Positions 9,055 to 17,224 of a stretch of 32,000 nt of DNA are shown here, one piece after another. A program made the translations under genes and the position numbers. Source of the stretch: Candidatus Korarchaeum cryptofilum OPF8 (GTDB taxonomy: Archaea; Korarchaeota; Korarchaeia; Korarchaeales; Korarchaeaceae); assembly GCF_000019605.1 (NCBI RefSeq), contig NC_010482.1, forward strand, positions 270,001 to 302,000, given 5' to 3'. The notes under the pieces are model-generated. The model had not been told where the DNA came from and made no database searches. It saw only the letters and a program-made list of their open reading frames with translations. Numbering within the stretch: the stretch's first letter is position 1; every line of letters begins with the position of its first letter.

Positions 9055-10509
9055 ATGGAGTTCTCAGCAGATATCAAGGAGATACTAATCAGGTACAGGG
9101 ATATATGGTCCTTGAGATACGCTCTCTCCCTGCTAAGCTGGGATATGGAGACTTACATGCCCCCTCTAGCCTCTGAGGAGAGGGGCGAGGTCAGGGGGAA
9201 CCTGGAGACTCAGGTGCAGAGGCTCTACACTCATCCAGAGTTCATAGGGCTAGTTGAGAACGCTAAGCCGCGGAATGAGATCGAGGAAGGGATAATAAGG
9301 GTTCTGAAGAGGTGGATAAAGTATTACACGAGGATACCCAAGGAATTAATAGAAGAGGAGGAGAGGACCGTCGCGAAAGCCTTCCAGGATTGGAAGGAGG
9401 CGAGGGCCAAATCCGACTTCTCGATATTCATGCCCACCCTTGAGAAGATAGTCGAGCTCCAGAGGAGGAAAGCGGATTACTTGGGCTACGAGGACCATCC
9501 CTATGATGCCCTACTCGATATATATGAGGAGGGATTGACCCTGAAGAAGTGCGAGAGGATTTTCTCAGTCCTCAAGGATATCTCATCACTATTCAAGAAG
9601 CTCAAGGAGAGGTACCCGGAGAGGCACGAGATAGAGGAGATAGGTTACGATGAGAGGATGATGAGGAGGCTCATAGAACACGTCCTCTCCCACTTAGGGT
9701 TCGATACTTCGAGGGCTAGGCTCGATACATCCCCGCATCCATTCACGATTCACATGGGCCTCTACGATGTCAGGATAACCGTTAGGTACGAGGGGAAGGA
9801 CTTCAGGAGAGCCCTAATGGCGGCTGTGCACGAATTCGGCCACGCTTCTTATGAGATGAACATAAGCGAGGAGCTGAGGGCGACTCCAGTCCAATCAGGG
9901 GCTTCTTTAGGATTCCACGAATCTCAATCTAGGTTCTGGGAGAACATCGTCGGGAGATCGAGGGCTTTCGTGAGGAGGTTCTACGATCCAATGCTCATGG
10001 CGATCCCCGAGCTCAGGAAGTACGATGAGGAGGATATATACACTTACTTCACTATGGTCAAGCCGGAGCTGATAAGGGTAGAGGCCGATGAAGTCCAGTA
10101 CCCTCTCCACATAGGCCTGAGGTTCGAGTTAGAGAGGAGGATGATAGAGGGGGATCTGAAAGTTGAGGAACTTCCTGAGATTTGGAACCAGAGGATGGAG
10201 GAGCTGATAGGGATAACTCCGCCCAACGATAGCTTGGGGGTCTTGCAGGATATACACTGGGCTCACGCGACTATAGGCTACTTCCCGACTTACGCTATAG
10301 GGAGCATGATAGCTGCTCAGCTCTACTACAAACTGGAACTAGCTGATAGAGTTAAGGAGGGGAAGTTTAAGGAGGTGATGGAAGTGCTGAGGGAGAGGAT
10401 CCATAAGCACGGTTCTGTCTACAGCCCAGAGGATCTGCTCAAGAGGACGACTGGTGAGTACGTAAATCCTGAGTACTTCCTGAGGTACCTGAATGAGAAG
10501 TACTCATAG
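9055..10509 (+). CDS. M32 family metallocarboxypeptidase (carboxypeptidase Taq-like)
   Basis: Zinc motif HEFGH (AAVHEFGHASYE), plus HESQSRFWEN, IRVEADEVQYPLHI, DIHWA and GYFPTYAIGS, which are the characteristic M32 blocks. Length 484 aa. A TATA-like TTAATTTATAC lies ~20 nt upstream. Confidence 0.93.
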   Translation: MEFSADIKEILIRYRDIWSLRYALSLLSWDMETYMPPLASEERGEVRGNLETQVQRLYTHPEFIGLVENAKPRNEIEEGIIRVLKRWIKYYTRIPKELIEEEERTVAKAFQDWKEARAKSDFSIFMPTLEKIVELQRRKADYLGYEDHPYDALLDIYEEGLTLKKCERIFSVLKDISSLFKKLKERYPERHEIEEIGYDERMMRRLIEHVLSHLGFDTSRARLDTSPHPFTIHMGLYDVRITVRYEGKDFRRALMAAVHEFGHASYEMNISEELRATPVQSGASLGFHESQSRFWENIVGRSRAFVRRFYDPMLMAIPELRKYDEEDIYTYFTMVKPELIRVEADEVQYPLHIGLRFELERRMIEGDLKVEELPEIWNQRMEELIGITPPNDSLGVLQDIHWAHATIGYFPTYAIGSMIAAQLYYKLELADRVKEGKFKEVMEVLRERIHKHGSVYSPEDLLKRTTGEYVNPEYFLRYLNEKYS

Positions 10510-11328
10510 CATATGGGTCCCGTCACAAGAACTCGACCTCATGAGATCTGGGAATCCCTCCCTGCAGACTGAAGCAGTCATCCCCAGCTTCAATGCTTCC
10601 TCGACAGCCCCCTTGAGCAGCTTGTACCTGAGGCCCCTCTCCAAGTACTTGTAACCGCCGATACGTTCGGTGAAATTGAGCTCAGCTAACTCGGGGAAGG
10701 CGTTCAGCATCCTCCTCAGGTTGTCCGGCTTGGCTTTGTAAGTCGAGAAGACGACATGCTCAGCACCGCAATCCCTAGCCTCCCTAAGGAGCTCCCTTAT
10801 ATCATCGAGATCATCATTTATCTTTGGTATTATCGGATCTATCCTCACTCCCTTTCGCTTCTCCACCTGGGAGAGGGCTTCCAGCCTCTCCGAGGGGGAT
10901 GGGGCATTGGGCTCTAATTTAGAGGAGATTTCATCGTCTAGAGTAGTTATAGTGACCATAACAGCGTCAAATAAATCCTGATCGTATTTGAATGAGGTAC
11001 CCTTAGTCGTTATCAGCACCTTAAAGCCCCTGGATTTCAGCAGCTTCAGGGAGGCCCTAGTTATCCCTATGACAGCCTCCTCAGGTGTATAAGGGTCGCT
11101 GCTAGTCGATAGCTCGACTGGGATCCTTGGATCGGCCTCATATATGTCCTTCTTGAGCATCTTGATGAAGTCAAGCTTCGGCTTGCTTATCCTCCTGCCT
11201 ACATAAGATGTGGCGTAGCAGTAGAGGCAGGAGTGCGTGCAACCGGTGTAGGGGTGGAGGGAGTACTTCCTAGGGCACGTGCAGAGCTCACTCCTCCAGG
11301 GATCGAAGGGCTTCAGCACCCTCAACAC
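10504..11328 (-). CDS. Radical SAM protein, SPL/SplB-like (COG1533-type, the group usually annotated as DNA repair photolyase-like)
   Basis: CxxxCxxC in GCTHSCLYCYAT, preceded by the LCTCPRKYSLHPYTGC block typical of this subgroup. 274 aa. The 3' end overlaps the carboxypeptidase stop by 6 nt (convergent). Confidence 0.85.
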   Translation of the reverse strand: MLRVLKPFDPWRSELCTCPRKYSLHPYTGCTHSCLYCYATSYVGRRISKPKLDFIKMLKKDIYEADPRIPVELSTSSDPYTPEEAVIGITRASLKLLKSRGFKVLITTKGTSFKYDQDLFDAVMVTITTLDDEISSKLEPNAPSPSERLEALSQVEKRKGVRIDPIIPKINDDLDDIRELLREARDCGAEHVVFSTYKAKPDNLRRMLNAFPELAELNFTERIGGYKYLERGLRYKLLKGAVEEALKLGMTASVCREGFPDLMRSSSCDGTHML

Positions 11329-11359
11329 GATTTATATTGATCCAGTGGATAAAAAGGAG

Positions 11360-11884
11360 ATGAGGGTATCGGGGGCTCTGATCGTTATACTCTTGATAGC
11401 TCTAGCCTATGTTATTGTAAATCAACCGAGGTTTTGTCCTCAAAATCCTCAAATAAATGTCTACTTCTGTCCAGAGGACTCATGCGGTAACGCTGTGATC
11501 TCCCTAATCGATAGAGCCAATAGGAGCGTTGACGTCGCTATGTACTCATTCACGCATGAGGGCATAGCGGATGCCCTGATAAGGGCTAAGGAGAGGGGAG
11601 TAAGCGTCAGGGTGATAATTGAGAGTGAGCAGGTGACAAGTTATAGCCAGTATGGGAGGCTTAGAGCGGCGGGAATTGAGGTGAAACTGGATAAGAATCC
11701 CTACTTAATGCACAATAAGTTCGCTGTAGTGGATGGCAAGGTAGTGGCTACGGGTAGCTTCAATTACACTGAATCGGCTGATAAGAAGAACGATGAGAAC
11801 TTAATAATCATATGGGATCCTGAGATAGCTAGTAAATATGAGAGCGAGTTCGAGGAGATGTGGGAGGGGGTCTACGGGAAATAA
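11360..11884 (+). CDS. Phospholipase D superfamily endonuclease, single-HKD Nuc-like, with an N-terminal signal/anchor helix
   Basis: HKD motif HNKFAVVDGKVVATGSFNYTESADKKNDEN. N-terminus MRVSGALIVILLIALAYVIV. I chose the ATG at 11360 (GGAG directly upstream, TTTATATT box ~22 nt upstream) over the track start at 11279, which would overlap the divergent radical SAM gene. Confidence 0.85.
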   Translation: MRVSGALIVILLIALAYVIVNQPRFCPQNPQINVYFCPEDSCGNAVISLIDRANRSVDVAMYSFTHEGIADALIRAKERGVSVRVIIESEQVTSYSQYGRLRAAGIEVKLDKNPYLMHNKFAVVDGKVVATGSFNYTESADKKNDENLIIIWDPEIASKYESEFEEMWEGVYGK

Positions 11885-12422
11885 TATCATAGATTCCTCG
11901 AACTTGAGTCAAGCATTACTCTTCCTCAACTTCAGCATTCACAATGGCTCCTTTTTTCATCAAGTCTCCTCATACAACTCCTCAGTAGAGACTCCGGGGG
12001 CGGAGCAGAGGAATTCCCTCAATAGATCGGGATCCCTCTCAAAGCTCGAAAAATGCCTAAAGGTTTCGTCTGAGTTCATTCTCATTCTAAATCTTTCCTG
12101 AGGTTTAGCTGCAAATTTCAGCGAAAGCTGAGTGTACTTCAATATCCTGATTCCCAGCGCCACGATACCTCATGCGGTCGAGAGAATATAATACTTCCCC
12201 TCAATCCCGGTAGCGAGCATTGTACTGCCCAGCTCGGAGATCCAACGCTCTTCAAATCCCTCGCTGAGTTGACATTTCAGTAAATTGATTCATCAGAGAA
12301 CCTGATCACAGACCTCAAGATTTCCTAGCCCTCCCGGAGAGACCCTCACGCGTTAAGGGCAGGAACATGCAATTAAATGGCCTAAAAGAGATCTAAAGCT
12401 TCTGATAATTGCAAATTTTGGG

Positions 12423-13061
12423 CTACTCTATCACATGCCCGCATATGACCTCTATCCCCAGTTCCTCAGCCCTATCGTAAGCCTCTCTATCAACGTTGAC
12501 TGAAACTAGGATTATCTTATCCGCACTTCTATTCAAGTACTTCTCAGCAGCTCTTGCCTTCATATAAAGAGCATCTATATGATCTAGCTCAGCTCTTGAC
12601 TTCACCTCAATTAAGTAGAGCTTATCATCCTTCACTGAGATATCTATATCCACCACCTTGCCCTTGATCCCCGTTATGCTTCCATCCCTATCCACGAATC
12701 TTAGTTTCTCTACTTTCCCGGGCTCAATCCCCCTCTTCTCTAGGGCCTCCTTGAATATCTCTAGCACCATTCTCTCGAGATCCTCCCCCCATCTCCTCCC
12801 CATGCTCCCTATGGTGACCTCTACTCTCATGCTGAGTTTGTCGAATTCCTCCCTCAGTTTATCCTGTCCCTCCCTGAGAGATTTTACCTCCTCCCAAAGC
12901 TTATTCTGATTCTCCCAAAGCTTTAACATACTCTCCTCCAACGAATCGAGCCTCTTCAATATCTCAGAAATTCCCAGGTAGCCAGCAACTGCATATCTGA
13001 ACTCTATGTCCTCATCCAGCGATCTCAGGAACCTCCTCTTCTCCTCGGCGGATAGAGCCAT
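12423..13061 (-). CDS. Coiled-coil protein with a C-terminal PD-(D/E)xK nuclease-fold-like domain (paralog A)
   Basis: 212 aa. The conserved N-terminus MALSAEEKRRFLRSL..EFRYAVAGYLGISEIL is shared with the neighbour. Central heptad-rich region. C-terminus VVDIDISVKDDKLYLIEVKS gives a D...E-x-K pattern. ATTTTTAAAT box ~25 nt upstream. From memory this resembles archaeal DUF3782/DUF1626 (PDDEXK_10) proteins. Not verified. Confidence 0.7.
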   Translation of the reverse strand: MALSAEEKRRFLRSLDEDIEFRYAVAGYLGISEILKRLDSLEESMLKLWENQNKLWEEVKSLREGQDKLREEFDKLSMRVEVTIGSMGRRWGEDLERMVLEIFKEALEKRGIEPGKVEKLRFVDRDGSITGIKGKVVDIDISVKDDKLYLIEVKSRAELDHIDALYMKARAAEKYLNRSADKIILVSVNVDREAYDRAEELGIEVICGHVIE

Positions 13062-13200
13062 CAGGATAGATGGAAGGAGTGATTTAAAAATTATGGGGTT
13101 GCAGCGTTAAAGCTCTCATCCAATATGTTCGCGAATCCGCGATGCGGTCCATTAACTTGAAGAAGCTCCCATCGTATGGGTTTGTGAGATCAAGCGAGAG

Positions 13201-13839
13201 CTAGAGATCCTCAATAACTCCTCTTATTTCCACTCCCAATTCCTTAGCTAGTTCAGCAGCTCCTTTGTCCACGAATCCACCTACTATGAGGAGCCTGGGC
13301 TTCACACCCTCTTTCTCCTCATATAAGCTCCCTATCCTGCTGATCTCGGCCACATCGCCCTTCGATACTCTCGACTTCACCTCCACGATCACATGCTCCC
13401 CATCCCTCACTAGGACATCGACATCCACTGTCGATGGATGTCCATAGACGAAGCCCCTCTCATCCCTCAAGAGCAACTTCGAGACCTTCGCAGCCCCGAG
13501 GACCTCCTCAACTACATACTTCATCCCCTCTCTGAAGGATTCTTCGGATATAACTCCAAATCTATGAGCAATGACCACGATTAAACGTCTGAAGGAAATC
13601 ATTTCCTCCTCAAGCCTCGCAACTCTCTCCTCCAATTCTAAAAACCTTTCCTCAAGCCTCGCAAACCTCTCTTCGAGTCTCGCAAATCTTTCCTCAAGAT
13701 TGACGATTCTCTCCTCAATGGAAGTTATCCTCTCCAATATCTCGCTGTAGCCAAGCATCCCCGCTACAGCGTACCTGAACTCCTCATCCTTCTTCAATGA
13801 CTCAAGGAACTTCCTCTTCTCCTCGGGAGAGAGCGTCAT
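13201..13839 (-). CDS. Coiled-coil protein with a C-terminal PD-(D/E)xK nuclease-fold-like domain (paralog B)
   Basis: Also exactly 212 aa. N-terminus MTLSPEEKRKFLESL..EFRYAVAGMLGYSEIL. Repeated LEERFARLEERFARLEERFLELEERVARLEEE. C-terminus VDVDVLVRDGEHVIVEVKS. TTTTAAATTAAAG box ~20-30 nt upstream. Confidence 0.7.
   Translation of the reverse strand: MTLSPEEKRKFLESLKKDEEFRYAVAGMLGYSEILERITSIEERIVNLEERFARLEERFARLEERFLELEERVARLEEEMISFRRLIVVIAHRFGVISEESFREGMKYVVEEVLGAAKVSKLLLRDERGFVYGHPSTVDVDVLVRDGEHVIVEVKSRVSKGDVAEISRIGSLYEEKEGVKPRLLIVGGFVDKGAAELAKELGVEIRGVIEDL
13608..13712 (-). repeat. Five tandem 21-nt units encoding heptad repeats (LEERFAR-type) inside paralog B
   Basis: Plus-strand units: cctcaagcctcgcaactctct, cctccaattctaaaaaccttt, cctcaagcctcgcaaacctct, cttcgagtctcgcaaatcttt, cctcaagattgacgattctct. 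They are contiguous and in phase. Confidence 0.8.
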
Positions 13840-13958
13840 CCGAAAATTCAGGAAGCTTTAATTTAAAAGGTTTAAGGTATCTGGAATTTTACAGAGTCCC
13901 TCCCAGTGGGTTGGCTTCATATCATAATGGAGTTGATGCGGAGGAGATAACTTGATAT

Positions 13959-13981
13959 ATTGGATGGATTATCCATCCAAT
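13959..13981. promoter_or_regulatory. Perfect 23-bp palindrome (11-bp arms) between a TATA-like box and the nrdD ATG; candidate operator
   Basis: ATTGGATGGAT-T-ATCCATCCAAT, verified base by base. GATATAT sits immediately upstream (13954-13960). The nrdD ATG is at 13983. Confidence 0.5.
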
Positions 13982-13982
13982 T

Positions 13983-15929
13983 ATGCTAGAGCTCCTCTCC
14001 CTGATCGAGGGATACTTGGATAAAGACGATAACAGCAGGCATAACGCAAACTTAATTTATTCCCTCCCTTCCCTAGCCGGGATCCTCTCTGGATATGTCC
14101 AGAGGGAATTCTACCTGAACAAAGTCCTTACGGAGGAACAGAGGCTCCTTCATGAGGAGGGGTGGTGGTATCATCATCAGATGGCTCAATTGAGCCCTTA
14201 CTGCGCTGGTTTCTCAGCTCTTGATATAATGAGGCACGGCCTTCAATCCAGAAACCCATTCAGCGTTAAGTCTAGGCCCCCTCGCCATCTAAGGACGTTC
14301 CTAGATCAAGCGGCTAACTTCATACTCAAGATGAGTCAAGAGGTATCGGGGGCTGTGGCCCTCAATGACCTAACTTCAGTCGCAGCCGCCTACGTCTGGT
14401 ACGAGAGGGAGATCTTGGGGAGGGAATTGAGATATGGAGACATTAAGAATGCCTTCCAATCTTTCGTTTACAATGTTAACTTGGATTTCAGGAGTGGGAA
14501 CTCCCCTTTCACGAACGTAACGATAACGATAGGTGGTCCGGCTCCAGCTCTAATGGATGAACCGGTCACGATAGGGATGAGCTTAAGCGAGCCCAAGAGA
14601 TTCTCAGATATACCCAGATCTTACTACGATGAGGTCAATAACGCCCTCATAGAGGTGATGTCCGAGGGTGATGCTGAGGGGAAGCCCTGGACCTTCCCCC
14701 TCATAACTCTCTACATAACTGAAGACTTCGATTGGGAATCCGAAGTCTTCGAGAGGCTCTTAGATTTAATGGATAGCTTCGGCGGTATATACTTCGAGAA
14801 CTACATCCCGAAGCCCTTCCTAGATGATAAGTGGAGGAGCAAGGTGGGTAACTTGGAGGTGAGGGACCCTAAGCTCCAAAGATCTTTCTGCTGCAGGTTC
14901 CAAGTGGATCTAAATGAGCTCCTTAGGGTCCCTCACACGGGTTCGATATTCGGGAACCTCTCGGGCGTCGGATCGATAGGAGTTATAACGCTGAATTTCA
15001 ACAGGCTCGCCTACTTGCACAGGGGTAACTTGAGCTCCCTGCTCGATCACCTCGATATATTGCTGGAGATGGCTAGAGATGCTCTCAACAGGAAGAGGGA
15101 CTTCATATTGAGGAATAAGCAGCTCTATCCGACCTTCTTCTACTACGTGGATGAATCCCTCAGGACCTACTTCAACACAATATCTTTGGGAGGTGGACAC
15201 GAGGGCTTAGTGAACTTCGGTGTGAAGAAGGGGATACTTTGTGAGGAGGGCTTGAGATTAGCGAAGCTAATATCTGAGCGCATACTTGAGAAGCTCAGGG
15301 AATTCCAAGAGGCAGATGGGGTCGCCTGGAACTTTGAATATGCCCCAATGGAGACGGCCGCTGGCTACCTAGCGAGGAAGGATCTTGAATTCGTTGAGAA
15401 CCTAAGGGAGGGCAGAGTTACGAGGATGTTCAGTGATATAGTGGATGCCCGGAAGGAAGCACCCGATATATATGTATCTGGATCGAGGGAGAGGCCCATC
15501 CTGACCTCAGGCTTTCAGCCTCCATTCAGCGAGGGCGATATCTCGAAGCTAGTCTATGTCTCAGCTCACACCCAGAATTACGCTACAGGTGGATCGGTCC
15601 TTCATACCTTCTTGGGGCAGAAGGTTAGCTCTGATACCAAGAAAGAGCTAGTGAGAAAAATTTTCAACAACTACCCGGTTAAGTATATGACGATAACTCC
15701 AACGCTGACTAGATGTAATAAGTGCGGTGCGAAATTCGTCGGGGAGTATTTAGAGTGCCCTAAGTGCGGGAGCGATGATACTACGATATACTCGAGGGTC
15801 GTCGGTTACTTCAGGCCGATAGCGAGGAGGGTTAAGAGGAGGGATCCCTCCAGGGGGATCTATGATGGTGAGGAGAACATATGGCAGGACTCCAGGAGAG
15901 CCGACTGGCTGACCTCCTCCCCGCCCTGA
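13983..15929 (+). CDS. nrdD: Anaerobic (class III) ribonucleoside-triphosphate reductase; the 3' end runs into the IS element
   Basis: Active-site FCCRFQ, TGGSVLHTFLG block, C-terminal Zn ribbon CNKCG...CPKCG, and glycyl-radical motif SRVVGYF. The TGA stop (15927-15929) lies in the loop of the IS terminal hairpin, so the last few codons are probably not native. Confidence 0.93.
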   Translation: MLELLSLIEGYLDKDDNSRHNANLIYSLPSLAGILSGYVQREFYLNKVLTEEQRLLHEEGWWYHHQMAQLSPYCAGFSALDIMRHGLQSRNPFSVKSRPPRHLRTFLDQAANFILKMSQEVSGAVALNDLTSVAAAYVWYEREILGRELRYGDIKNAFQSFVYNVNLDFRSGNSPFTNVTITIGGPAPALMDEPVTIGMSLSEPKRFSDIPRSYYDEVNNALIEVMSEGDAEGKPWTFPLITLYITEDFDWESEVFERLLDLMDSFGGIYFENYIPKPFLDDKWRSKVGNLEVRDPKLQRSFCCRFQVDLNELLRVPHTGSIFGNLSGVGSIGVITLNFNRLAYLHRGNLSSLLDHLDILLEMARDALNRKRDFILRNKQLYPTFFYYVDESLRTYFNTISLGGGHEGLVNFGVKKGILCEEGLRLAKLISERILEKLREFQEADGVAWNFEYAPMETAAGYLARKDLEFVENLREGRVTRMFSDIVDARKEAPDIYVSGSRERPILTSGFQPPFSEGDISKLVYVSAHTQNYATGGSVLHTFLGQKVSSDTKKELVRKIFNNYPVKYMTITPTLTRCNKCGAKFVGEYLECPKCGSDDTTIYSRVVGYFRPIARRVKRRDPSRGIYDGEENIWQDSRRADWLTSSPP

Positions 15930-16110
15930 AGGGCGAAGGGTTCCCTCAGGACGGCTCACGGGTTCGTGGTTTACCGCCTTCATCTTCATCACTTCACAGC
16001 TGGTAGGTGCGGTTCGCACCCACCCCGCTCCGCTCGTCCAGTGGTAGACCACGGGCTGGGTCTTCAGCCCGTTACCCCTATCCCTCGCCAAGAGTTGCCC
16101 CTCGCTCTTG
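15905..16110 (-). ncRNA. Predicted omega (re)RNA scaffold of the TnpB element
   Basis: Assigned by position: the 3' end of tnpB through to the RE. GC stems visible: GGTGCG-GTT-CGCACC (16006-16020), GTGG-TAGA-CCAC (16041-16052), GGGCTG-GGTCTT-CAGCCC (16053-16070), plus the RE hairpin. No covariance or expression evidence is available. Confidence 0.35.
15919..15936. repeat. RE-side subterminal hairpin repeat CCCCGCCCTGAAGGGCGA
   Basis: Identical to 17405-17422. 5-bp GC stem with a TGAA loop. Confidence 0.85.
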
Positions 16111-17224
16111 GCTCCTTGGGACTCAGGGATATGTAGGATGTTTATTGCCCCGTTTAGGTCTGCATTTATGATCTTCCCCATGCGGGGACACTTATAGAGA
16201 CCGCGTTTGACACGCCCGTTTTCATGGGCTTCCCCGCACAGGGAGCAACTTTTTGATGTATTTGGTTCTGCAACATCAATTACCCTAATTCCCAACTCCT
16301 CACCAATCTCCTTAAAACGCTTGATTACATAACCATAATTCCAAAAGTTCACTGTGAGTTTATTTCCATGATTCTTAGCGATGTCCTTTGGGTAACCCAC
16401 TACGACCTCGCTCACTCCCTTCTCCTTCAACTCTCCCATTATTTTCCTAATCATGCTGTTCAAGGCATGCTTCAGGAACCTCCTCCTCTTATCATAGAGT
16501 AGCTTAAGCCTCCTACTCGTTCTCTGCCCATGCCTAGCCAAGACCTTCTGGATCCCGCTCATCTTCTTACTGTAGCACTCGTATTGAGAGAGGACACCAC
16601 CGCCCTTGAAGATGTACCACGTGCCATCCTCAACATAGACAGTGGCTAAATTAACGATCCCCAAGTCTACGGAAGCCCTCAAGCTACCCTCAACTTTCGC
16701 CTCATCTTCAACCTCCACCGGGATGTGGGCATACCAACTTCTCCTAGCCTCATTATAAACTATCTCCAGCCTACCCTGCTTCCCGCACCACTTGAGTTCC
16801 CCTTTAAAACCCAAGGCTAGCTTGAAGTCCTTTCAAATAGATAGTCCTACCATCCTCATCCACTTCGTAGCGATCGTTCCTAATGATGATTATCAGCCTA
16901 TATTTTCCACTCCTATCCCTCCAGTAGCTCGGAGGTCTCGGCTTGAACCACTTTGGTAGCTTCCCCTCCCTCTTTTCCCCGATTAAGGAGAAGAAGCTCC
17001 TCCATGCTTCAGCGTTCTTCCTGGCAACCTGCTGTGCGTTGACCTTCAGCACGCGTTTGTACTTCTCGTATACCTCCTTTCCGGTCTTTAAGAAATCGAC
17101 CCTCTCCCCCTTCTTGAACTGTTGCATCCTCAGCCAGTTCACTTCGTTCCAACACTTCACTGTAACGATGCCCAGCTTCCTCAGCTTCTCATGTGTTTCC
17201 TTGTCCACCACCAGCTTGACTACA

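Noticed and set aside
11279-11359. Upstream extension of the PLD nuclease ORF
   Set aside because: It would overlap the divergent radical SAM start and adds non-hydrophobic residues before the signal-like helix. The ATG at 11360 has GGAG and a TATA-like box at correct spacing.
11838-12163. ORFs 11838-12101 (+) and 11960-12163 (-) as genes
   Set aside because: They have no motif and no promoter or SD context, and the plus ORF overlaps the PLD gene's 3' end. The minus one is treated only as possible gene debris in the findings.
12251-12259. TTCAAATCC, a tRNA T-loop-like string
   Set aside because: The flanking bases (CGCTC / CCCTC) cannot form a T stem, and no acceptor or anticodon arms are evident.
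12215-12297. Possible C/D-box sRNA on the minus strand (TGATGA at 12290-12295, CTGA at 12277-12280, TGAAGA further on)
   Set aside because: The box spacing is wrong: 9 nt rather than ~12 nt between C and D', and 22 nt to the C'-like box. No terminal CTGA D box follows at the right distance.
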